64,000 bases of DNA from Mustelus asterias (lineage: Eukaryota), in contig NC_135822.1 in assembly GCF_964213995.1 (NCBI RefSeq), positions 25,048,001 to 25,112,000 on the forward strand, read 5' to 3'. Under the pieces are notes generated by a model. That model was not told the DNA's origin. It did no database searches and saw nothing but the letters and a program-made list of their open reading frames with translations. The position numbers and the translations under genes are program-made. Shown here piece after piece: positions 12,929 through 22,503 of the stretch; within the stretch, counting starts at the first letter, position 1, and each line of letters opens with the position of its first letter.

Positions 12929-13067
12929 TCAGTGACTTTGTCAACCTGCACTACTACTTCTAATGATTTGTGAATTTGTACCCTGGATTCGTGAACCAGC
13001 TTGGGACATTTTTATGTTAAATGTTTGGATGGTGCCATTGCAACTGATCTCTTTTGTCATGTTTCAG

Positions 13068-13255
13068 AGGAGCAGAAGCAGAATCCAAGTGAGCAGAGTA
13101 TCTATCAGACAGTAGGTGTGAGGATGGGTGGGCTGCTGATTTTGACCCTGACTGTTGGGACGTGGGCGGATGTGCTCCACGTTCTCTTATCGCTGGTTGG
13201 AGAGATGTTGTGTCTGCTTCAAGCAGGAACAATGATAAAGGCCTGTAGACAACAG
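13068..13255 (+). CDS. TMEM82: TMEM82 coding exon 5 (EEQKQNPSEQ...VRMGGLLILTLTVGTWAD...KACRQQ)
   Basis: gtttcag acceptor, CAG|gtaag donor, 188 nt; QTVxVRMGGL motif. Confidence 0.96.
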
Positions 13256-13959
13256 GTAAGCGAGTTCCTTGCCTTCTTCAATATCAGAGGTGACTGGATC
13301 AGACCATACCTTAGCATGAGGTAATACCCCTTCCAGATGCTGATTGCCAGAAACATTGTGTTCAAAGGGCTAATTCAGTGTAAAACATCCAGGAATTCAT
13401 TTGGTCCAACCTCCTCACTTACATAATTCCTTGTCTTGTTTTCTGCATTCTTCCATCACTTGGTTTAATAATTTTTAAAAGTTGATGCATTTCTGTTTGC
13501 ATCTCAATTCGTAATGACATTCACGCATGCTTCCAAAGAAAATAGTAATGTTAACAGTGCAATTACCAGCTGAACACTCACTGCTTGCAGACTCAACTCC
13601 ACATGGAGATGCACCCTCTGCATGTTCACAAATGTCTTCACACAAACTCCATGTCCACATTCGTCTCTACATATGCACACTTCCTTTCATGCTTACACAC
13701 TCGAGAACATTTATTTGTGCTAGCACTCTTTTCTGGTGTTGAATGCTTTTTCCAGGTTTGGATACATATACCTTGGTTTTTTCGAATTTCCTAATCCGTA
13801 AACATTTCACCCTGTGAAAGGATGCCTGGGCAGTAGAGTCCGAGCTCACCCATTAAGTGTGAGTCTAAGTTAATGGTGGGCAGCTGGTTCCTGAGGCACT
13901 GAATGCCAACAGAAGTCTGCACCTTTAGTGGAGGATGGGGGGTGGAGCAAATTTTAATA

Positions 13960-14285
13960 AAGAAAGAAGTACTTGCATTTGTATGGTGCTTTTCATAGCA
14001 ACTGGATGTCTCAAAGCACAATCAAATATGTTTGGAGTGTGGTGACTGCTGGTAATGTGGGAAATGTGATGGGCAATTTGTACCACAGCAAGCTCCCACA
14101 ATAGCAATGTGAGGATGATCGAATAATCTGTTTTTGTGCTGTTGATTTGAGGGATAAATATTGGCCGGTACACCAGGCGATAACTCCTCTGTCATTCTTT
14201 GAATTACAACTTGCTATGGAGTGGGACTTGAACCCAGAGCCTTGTGACTCGGAGGCCAGAATGCTGCCAACTGAACCACTGTTGC
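13960..14285 (-). repeat. Ancient SINE remnant (Deu-domain/SacSINE1-like family, tentative)
   Basis: Decayed family recurring at ~18580-18700, 22540-22780, 24150-24630, 55150-55660; tRNA-like head gggacttgaaccc...gtgactcggaggc. Confidence 0.5.
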
Positions 14286-14320
14286 CACATTAAATTTAAA
14301 CAGTAAATTATGTTTTACAG

Positions 14321-14434
14321 GATTCCTCAGAAGTCAATCACAGGGGGACAGTAAGACAACCCCAGCAGAGTGTACAGCAGCGATCGAGAGTATCTGACAC
14401 ACAAATCCTGGATCACCAAAAAGACAGCAGCTGA
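14321..14434 (+). CDS. TMEM82: TMEM82 last coding exon (DSSEVNHRG...HQKDSS*)
   Basis: ttttacag acceptor, phase 0, TGA 14432-14434; spliced CDS 1044 nt = 347 aa, similar to mammalian TMEM82 length. Confidence 0.85.
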   Translation, partial: DSSEVNHRGTVRQPQQSVQQRSRVSDTQILDHQKDSS

Positions 14435-15360
14435 GTGGAGAGTGAACTCGGACCATTCAAGAACATGCTGCCATTTGGGACAGTTCTGAGGTTTAACTCC
14501 TTTCAATTAGTTTTTAATTTGCTGACTGTATACGCTAGAAACCTGGAGTGAGAGGTAAAGGTTGCAGGCAGCCAGACAGGGAAACTACCTTTCTCTTCAA
14601 TACCAGGTTTTGGTGGTGTGTATAAAGAAACACATTGTGGGAAGTGTATGTATTGGGATTCCAACTGCCTCATTGTCACATGAGGAAGGTAAGTATGCCA
14701 AGGGGGCATTTCTCCTCAAGCGAACATCTGGAACCCTCTCACTGGTTTGTAAACTGGGCACATGTTTCTGTGGGGGAAGGGCCATACACACACACTTGAC
14801 TGCACATTCCAATTTATTTCTTATGGTAAATTTTTAAAGCTGAAAATCAGGCTCTGTGAGACAGGAAGATCTCAGATTTGATCCCCTGGTCTGTGTGGCA
14901 TTTGCTGATCTCAGTTGGGGTGGTGCTAGGGGGTTACAATTAGGGTAAGCACCCCTGAGCTAGGGATGAAAGAAATACGCCAGAGATCCTATTGTTTGCT
15001 ATCAGTGATCACTGCTTAAAGTCTCTGTGGACATTGGGTGAGGGATGGGATTGGGCTGAGTTTTATTTCTCCCCAGAGTCAAATACTCTGCTGGCACTCA
15101 ATGTCTAGGTCGCCGTGTGAAGAATGGAAATGGGGAGATCACTGGAAGATGCCTTGAATCTATGAAACACTTAATTGGGCAAGGGTTGGTACATTCAGGG
15201 TAGGGAGAAAATTGGATGGGAAAATTGTGAACTCAGTTACATGAGACCTGTAAGTGATTTAAAGTGATTTTGTCTGTTAACCGGTCCATTAATTGTTGGT
15301 GATCATCTCCAGTTTGTTTCTGTCACATTCTGTATAAAGTTAATTGAAAGTGTTTCAGTC

Positions 15361-15366
15361 AATAAA
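15361..15366 (+). terminator. Candidate polyadenylation signal of TMEM82
   Basis: AATAAA ~930 nt after the stop, preceded by U-rich sequence. Confidence 0.55.
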
Positions 15367-15644
15367 TAGTCAGAGGAAGAAAACTGCATTGTCAGTGTTA
15401 TTACTCCAGGAACAAACATGTGAAGGTATGAGCTGGGATGAGTTGAATATGATGCGTATCCCAAGAGTTTCTTTACCAGCATTGGGTAAGGAACTGCTCT
15501 CTGGTCTCAACTGAGTACTGGTGCTACACTTGACCTCAAGAGTCTGAATTAAGAGAGAAAATCTGATTATTCCCACACCCGAGGACTATATGGTGGATCC
15601 TGCTGGAAATCTATGTGTGGAGATCAGATGCAGACAGAATTAGA

Positions 15645-16170
15645 ATCATAGAATCACTGCAATGCAGAAGGAGGCCATTCAGCCCATCGAACTGCACCGA
15701 TTCTCCCACAGAGCATCCTATGCAGGCCATATGCCTGTGACCCTGCGCATTTACTCCTAATCCCCTAACCGACACATCCTGGGACACTAAGGGGCAATTT
15801 AGCATTGCCGATCCACCTACTATCACTAGTTGTGATGCTGTCAGGTCAGATGCTGTGTGGATGGTCAGTATCAAAATCCACAAATTAGGAGAGATCACTT
15901 AATCTGAGTCTAGAGGCTGTCCAGTGCACTGACCTTGGGACTCGTGTGAATGCAACTCGGCGCATTCAAGAATTTGGCAGCCTTGTAAATCATAGAAACC
16001 CTACAGTGCAGAAGGAGGCCATTCGGCCCATCGAGTCTGCACCGACCACAATCCCACCCAGGCCCTACCCCCACATATTTACCCGCTAATTCCTCTCACT
16101 TACGCATCTTAGGATTCTAAGGGGCAATTTTTAACCTGGCCAATCAACCTAACCCGCACATCTTTGGACT
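15645..16170 (-). mobile_element. Two HE1-like SINE 3' halves (15645-15818, 15989-16170)
   Basis: catagaa...tgcagaaggaggccattc(a/g)gcccatcga...taaggggcaattt. Confidence 0.8.
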
Positions 16171-16386
16171 GATTTTTGTTCCATTCTGTGGGAACTCAGT
16201 ATGTGAGGGGCGGTTTTGAGCCTGCTCTCAGCACCTGCGGGAATGGTGGCACATGCTCAAAGTCCGGCAACACTCAGGAAAGCACAATTCGTGCTGGCGA
16301 GTTTTCAAGTTCCCATCTTCCAGTCCCCTTGTGGCAGAGTAGTGTGAAACATGCCGCAGGATCCTAGGAGACTCATTTGAACCCCG

Positions 16387-16458
16387 CTGCTTCAAGCAGG
16401 AACAATGATAAAGACCTGTAGAAAACAATTAAACAAGCTCCATTTCTTTAATATCAGA
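16387..16458 (+). repeat. Short genomic duplicate of the TMEM82 exon5/intron5 junction (source 13214-13288)
   Basis: 27 identical bp ctgcttcaagcaggaacaatgataaag, then cctgtaga-aaca and ttct(t/c)aatatcaga; donor GT destroyed in the copy. Confidence 0.85.
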
Positions 16459-16947
16459 ACTCGTTCTGGTAGAGTGGGGGTAGAGTGTGCCCTGCCTCTG
16501 CTCCACTCCATCCAGCAGTCTGGTCAGGGCTCCCTCCGAAAAGCATGGTGAGGACTTCTTGGTGGCCATCCCCTGCAGACATTCTGGAACAAGTGCTGCG
16601 GAACCATTTATACAGAGCTCCCCAGTGATTGCAGTGGTTAAGTTGTTGCATGGCTGGCGAATCAGAGGGAACACTCCCCAGGAGTGGGGTGATTCTTGTG
16701 AGCATACAATTATTGCTGATGAGACATAAGAATCAGTCTGAAATCACACCAGCGCATCGGTGGGAAACACTTCATTTTTTGTGCCGGAACCAACGCTGCA
16801 ATTTTTTTTGGTAAGACTTTTCATCCTGTGTCTTTATGTCTCAGTTTTCTGCAGATTGATGTTGGGCAATCCAACTGGATTCTCCAGAGAATCAGGACCA
16901 GTATCAGAACAAATGTGTTAAAAGTTTTGTATTCTCCTAATAATGAG

Positions 16948-17240
16948 GGTGGCACAGTGGTTAGCCCTGCTGCCTCACAGCGCCAGGGATCTGGTTTGAT
17001 TCCCAGCTTGGGTCACTGTGTGGAGTTTGCACGTTCGCCACGTGTCTGCGTGGGGTTTCCTCCGGGTGCTCCGGTTCCCTCCCACAGTCCAAAAGACACG
17101 CTGGTTAGGTGCACTGGCCATGCTAAATTCTCCCTCGGTGTACCCGGACAGGCGCCAGACTGTGGTGACTAGGGGATTTTCACAGTAACTTCATTGCAGT
17201 GTTAATTGTAAGCCTCTTTGTGACAATAATAAGTAAACTT
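16948..17240 (+). mobile_element. HE1-like SINE (alternative-tail subfamily)
   Basis: HE1 head plus tail ggatttt cacagtaacttcattgcagtgttaattgtaagcc...aataataagtaaact. Confidence 0.88.
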
Positions 17241-17950
17241 AATGTTCAGAGGTATGTGGATTTCCCAGCAGGAATCACTAGTAATGATGTTTCATGTCCA
17301 CTGGGTGGCGGGACTAACTCAGTTGGATTTATTTCCTGGAACATTATTTGTCATTTATCCAATTTCCCTCACTCCTCCTCTCCTCCTGAAGGGGTAAAGT
17401 ATAGGAATGCTGGAACAAGATAGGACTTGACACCAAATGAAAAAATGATGTTATTTATTCACAGAAACTGTTGCTAAAGCAGAGAATGCTATGGAAACAA
17501 CAGATCCACATCTGAAATAAAATCAAACAGCTTCATGTTTTTTATTGGGATCCTCCATCACTGAAACATTACCCCATCCTTATTTTTTCAGAAGCTCTCT
17601 ATTTCCAACATTTTCTGTTCTTGTATCAGATTCTCAAGGTTCATTTATTCATTTTTATCTGTTACAAACCCAACAGCATTGCAATCTACATAAGAACAGA
17701 TAGGAATTCACACCACTAAAATCTTACACAAAGAAATGGTTGAGATAATGAGTTGGCGTGAATTCTCTATTGTTAAGTCAAGTTACTACAGAAAAACATG
17801 CAATTGTATCATTCTTTTTGTGACCTCAGAGCACTCTTCAGCCAAAGAATTACTTTTGAATTGTAGTCATTGTTTAATGTAAGAAACATCCTTATCCCAC
17901 AATTTAGTTAAGTGGAAAGGCTGATAGAAAGCAGAGGTTAAATTATCCAA

Positions 17951-18091
17951 ATATGGGCTTTGACAAAGGGTCATCTGGACTCGCAACATCAGCACTTTTC
18001 TCTCCTTACAGATGCTGCCAGACCTGCTGAGATTTTCCAGCATTTTCTCTTTTGGTTTCAGATTCCAGCATCCGCAATAATTTGCTTTTAT
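17951..18091 (+). mobile_element. Short retroelement (Penelope-associated repeat, tentative) with 13-bp TSD
   Basis: ttaaattatccaa repeated at 17938-17950 and 18092-18104; body acagatgctgccagacctgctgag; decayed relatives at ~17570-17630 and ~23880-23950. Confidence 0.7.
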
Positions 18092-18348
18092 TTAAATTAT
18101 CCAATATCTCAATAGTCCTATAAGGGTCAAGCACAGAATTTAATCAATTAATGAATCACATTTATGTATTTGGTGTGAGCCATCAAGTGTCCATGTTGTC
18201 TGGGAGTACATGTGCATTGTGCTAGGATAGCTCACGCCAGACAGGAATAGTTGGATTGGTAATAGATGGCCACTGAGGTTGATCTGCTGTGCTGTGCAGA
18301 GAATACAGAACAATAGTGAATGTCTCAGAAGGGCTGCAGCCAATTCCA

Positions 18349-18480
18349 TCAGTATAGCCTTCTCCTGTAAATGTAGTAAGTCAGTGACATGGCACCCAGC
18401 AGGAGTAACACTCCACAACATCCTCGGATTATGGTATGTTCAGGTTCTTCTTTCCTAGCATAACGCTCTATAAAGCCAGA
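18349..18480 (-). CDS. bcl2l16: Bcl-2-family protein (Bcl-wav/bcl2l16-like), coding exon 2: end of BH2 + TM anchor (SGFIERYARKEEPEHTIIRGCCGVLLLLGAMSLTYYIYRRRLY*)
   Basis: Minus-strand acceptor ttctttctttctcag at 18481-18482, phase 0; completes GGW|SGFIERY; hydrophobic helix followed by RRR tail; TGA 18349-18351. Confidence 0.9.
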   Translation of the reverse strand, partial: SGFIERYARKEEPEHTIIRGCCGVLLLLGAMSLTYYIYRRRLY

Positions 18481-19204
18481 CTGAGAAAGAAAGAAGGTAG
18501 CACAGTTTGAAATGAGGAGAAATACTTGCTTTATATATTGCCTTATCACATGTTGCAAAAAACATTCAGTGCGCTCCAAGGTGTCACAAACAGCAATGAG
18601 ATGAATGACCAGTCTATCAGTGCTTCATGTTAGTTCAAGGAAGAATGCTAACCAGGAGAACTCTCATGTTCTTTTTCATACAATGTCATAAGATTTTTAA
18701 TGTCTGCCTGGGACCTTTAGCACTAAAAGTTGATCCTGCCTTTGTTTTGGTTGTGTTTAAAATCCAATAGCCTATCTCATATTGAGTCCACTTCACTCAA
18801 CCCAGAGAGGATTGGGTTGCGATGATTGTGAGGAGGGGGTTTGCATTTGTGTTTGACTCTTCAGTTCTTTGAGCTCCTGGCACAGCCTTCATATCATCCA
18901 ATCAATGTAGCATATACCCCTTGTGTGAATATATAAATTGTATATGAACTTTACCCTCCCATTTCACAAGAAGGGAGAATGTGGCTCTTTGCAGTTAGCA
19001 GAGTTGAGCCACTCAGTGGTGCCGGAAAGAGGGAATTAATTCCCCAGTGAACAGATCACACTTGTAAATGTCTAACTCCACAGAGACTAAGAGACCAGCT
19101 ATTGTCTTTGTAATATTGAATCATAGAATGGTTACGATACAGAAGAAGGCCACTTATTTTGCCCACTCACCTAACTTGTCTATATCCCTCTGTATATTCT
19201 TTGG

Positions 19205-19745
19205 GGATGGCAGCGTGTGCTCAAAATCCAGAGAGCGCGTTTCACGTCGGCGAGTGTCCGAGTTCCGATCTTACTGGCCCCTCGTCAGTGGAGAAGCATG
19301 AAACATGCCGCGGAATGGCAGAATGCTAATTTTAATATATTAGCATGTCATTAGCGAGCACTCCCTCCAGGACCTCACCCCTTACCAGATATTCAGCGGG
19401 CACCAGCATGATGGCACGATGGCGCCACTTACAACAGGTTCACCTAGTCGTAAGGTCCCACCCCCCCCCCCCCGGGGGGGTGTAAAGGTAAGTAAAGCCT
19501 CCAGAGGAGAGGGACATGATCGGGAAGTTGCCTAGAAAGGCCCCCTAGCACTGCTCTCTGGCTCAGCCCCTTAGTGCAAGTTGGCACTGCCAGGTTGGCA
19601 CCATGCTCATGTCAACATAATAGTGCCAAGGGGCAGGCCCCAGTGGGAGCCTTATGGGGGGCTGGAAGGATTCATTTAGATGTGGTGGCTGGGTGTAGAC
19701 TGCGGAGCTGCAAACTCCCTGGGGGAGGTGGGGGGGAGATCCGTC
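19205..19745. repeat. GC-rich non-autonomous transposon-like repeat (decayed)
   Basis: CpG-rich patch in AT-rich intron with C-run/G-run hairpin 19459-19482; shares motifs (ggcactgcca, gaaacatgccgc) with 16200-16385 and 43173-44014. Confidence 0.5.
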
Positions 19746-19873
19746 CAATTAATCAGATTATGATTATTTTGTGAATCTTTTATCTGTTTTGTGATCATTT
19801 TTATTTTTAAGCATGTTTGCCATCTGCCCACAAATGTGTCTATGTTAATCTATTTTTGACAACGTATAATTGA

Positions 19874-20186
19874 TCATAGAATCCCTGCAGTGCAGAAAGA
19901 GGCCATTCAGCCCATCAAGCCTGCACCAGCAACAATCCCACCCAGGCTCTATCCCCCTAAAGCCATGTATTTACCCTGCTAATCCCGCTGGCAATAAGGG
20001 GCAATTTAGCATAGCCAATCAACCTAACCTGCACATCTTTGGACTGTGGGAGGAAACCGGAGCACCCGGAGGAAACACATGCAGACACGTGGAGAACATG
20101 CAAACTCCACACAGGCAGTCACCCGAACCAAAATTGAATACGGGCCCTTGGCGCTGTGAGGCAGCAGTGCTAGCCACTGTGCCATC
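19874..20186 (-). mobile_element. HE1-like SINE
   Basis: Full head-to-tail copy on - strand. Confidence 0.88.
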
Positions 20187-20446
20187 CAATTCGGCAGAAA
20201 CTTTTGGCATAACATAATTGGTGAACAACAAAAGCATAAAATAACCAATTAGAAAGGGGAAAAATGCAAAGACTAAAATACTTTACCAATGAAAAATAAG
20301 GAAATTGACCCATGACCTCATGGTCATGATAGACACAAGAACTATTGTGAAGGTCACAGCAGTGATCTGGTTCCATGACTGAAAAACTGAGAACTAGTGA
20401 TCAAATCTTTTGAAAATAGTGATTTTGCCTGCTTTGCTGCTGATAA

Positions 20447-20761
20447 ATCATAGATCATAGAATCCTACAATGCAGGAGGAGGCCATTCGGCCCATCGAGT
20501 CAACACAATCCCACCCAGGCCCTATCCCCATAACCCCATGCATTTACCCTAGCTCGTCCCCCTGACAGTAAGGGGCAATTCAGCATAGCCAATCCACATA
20601 ACCCACACATCTTTGACTGTGGGAGGAAACCGGAGCACCCGAAGGAAACCCATGCAGACATGGGAAGAATGTGCAAACTCCACTCAGACAGTGACCCAAG
20701 GCAGGAATTGAACCTGAGTCCCTGGCGTTGGGAGGCAGCAGTGCTAGCCACCGTGCCACCC
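20447..20761 (-). mobile_element. HE1-like SINE
   Basis: Full copy on - strand, CR1-type tail. Confidence 0.88.
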
Positions 20762-20982
20762 CTAGGGGTCATGCGAAGTGTGGGATGTCACATTTTTTAG
20801 GAGTCAGACAGGATCAAGGTGGAAAGTCCCGTCTGGAGACTAACCAAACCACTAACACTCTGATTGGTGCAGCTTCTCACAATACCACTGTTGCTAGGCA
20901 GTAAGTTACATGCCAGTTAGTGCATTTAAACTATTTTGGTTGCATTGCCTCAGGGTCACTATGTAAAACCTGTCATACTCAC

Positions 20983-21423
20983 CCATCCTCCACTTTCTCT
21001 AATCTTTGGACACACATTTCTCTCCACGTACTGTCCCACTCTGAATTCCAGCTCCTCTAGCACGGACGCCATGCCATTTTTCTGACAGTATATGGCCAGC
21101 TGCCCAGCCAAGACATAAATAGAAAGGATCCCACTCCAGGTCAGTTCCTTCTTCTGCCAGGGTTTCTCTGGTTGGAAATGCTCATCCAGCATCGTGAATA
21201 AATAGTCGCAGGCATTGTCAGCGCAAACCTCCCTGAAAATCCGGGGCCATCGCTTGAAGAAGATGGGATATTTCTCCAGGAGGTCATTTCCTGCATGTCT
21301 CAGGGCTGCTGTAGCCACGCTGGGAGCAGGTTTTGATGTCCTACCAGTCACGTACCTGATGTAATCCTGTGACATTATATAGGCCTCCTTCACCATATGA
21401 TCATTGCTTTGTTCAGTTGTCAT
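20983..21423 (-). CDS. bcl2l16: Bcl-2-family protein (Bcl-wav/bcl2l16-like), coding exon 1: BH4, BH3, BH1, start of BH2
   Basis: 147 codons: BH4-like EAYIMSQDYIRYVT, BH3 ALRHAGNDLLEKY, BH1 ELTWSGILSIYVLAGQL, BH2 IRESGGW|gtgagt. The phase-0 intron after GGW is the position used by Bcl-2/Bcl-xL/Mcl-1-type genes. In-frame upstream TAA (21478-21480) fixes the start. Family call is strong; the specific ortholog is from memory. Confidence 0.92.
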
Positions 21424-22184
21424 TTGAAATGGCCACGATCTGTGAAATGTGTTTGGTTGCTGAGCTGCTCTGTGCTGTTATGATGGAATTGGACTCTCAA
21501 GTATCAGGAGACGGTTTGCAGCATCTAAAAATAACAGGGACGGCATCAGGGTGACCAGGCCAGGGAAATATCCTGGCAAAATGTCAGGGCTAATATTCAG
21601 AAATACAGTGTGCAAAGTGTAATTAGTGATTTTTTTAAAAATCAAGCTACTGATTGCATTCCTCGTGTTACTGTTAATCATGAGACTTCTGGGTAAATTT
21701 GAAGAAATGTGCCTCGCAGTGAACTAAGTAAAAGTAAAGCTCCAGAACAGCAAAAAAGAAAGTCTGGGATCTTCATTTACCTCAAATAGCTGAACATATC
21801 CAACCCACACACCCAAATGCTCACCCCTGTCACCCATGCTGGCATGTGCTTGAGTGTGCTTAGCAAGGGTAAGATTGGACTTTGCTGTAGTGCCCTTGCT
21901 GACACTCCAGGTGTAGGCCTTCGTGAAAAGAAGAGTCACCTGGTTGAGGTACTGGGAGGTGCACATACTCCGTGAAGTCGACCTCAGCCTGAGTCAGCAA
22001 CTTTAGGCTGGAATGTATAAAGATAATGAAATGCCTTATGAAGTGAATGGTTTTCATTCTGCTGGGGACATGGGAGTGTCAGTTTTGGAATCCAGCTAGA
22101 CAGGATTAGATTGTCTGATCAATATCAAGTTTCATGTATCAAGTATCAGCTTGGTCCCACAAAGTACATTTCGAGTTATAGAAG

Positions 22185-22503
22185 TTATAAAAATCCTACA
22201 GTGCAGAAGCAGGCCATTTGGCCCATCGAGTCTGCACCAACTCTCCAACAGAGCATCCCATTCAGACCTAATCCCTGTAACCCCACATATTTACCCCACT
22301 AATACCCCTAATCCACACACTAAGGGGCAATTTAGCTTTTAGCATGGCCAATCCACCTAACCTACACATGTTAGGACTGTGGGAGGAAACCCATGCAAAC
22401 ACGGGGAGAACATGCAAATTCCACACAGCCAGTCACCCAAGGCCAGAATTGAACTTGAGTCTCTGGCGCTGTGAGGCAGCAGTGCTAACCACTGTGTTAC
22501 CCA
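22185..22503 (-). mobile_element. HE1-like SINE
   Basis: Full copy on - strand. Confidence 0.85.

Noticed and set aside
16429-16729. Three overlapping ~80-aa ORFs next to the duplicated TMEM82 fragment
   Set aside because: No recognisable motif or consistent splice sites; the Bcl-2-like CDS already terminates at 18349.
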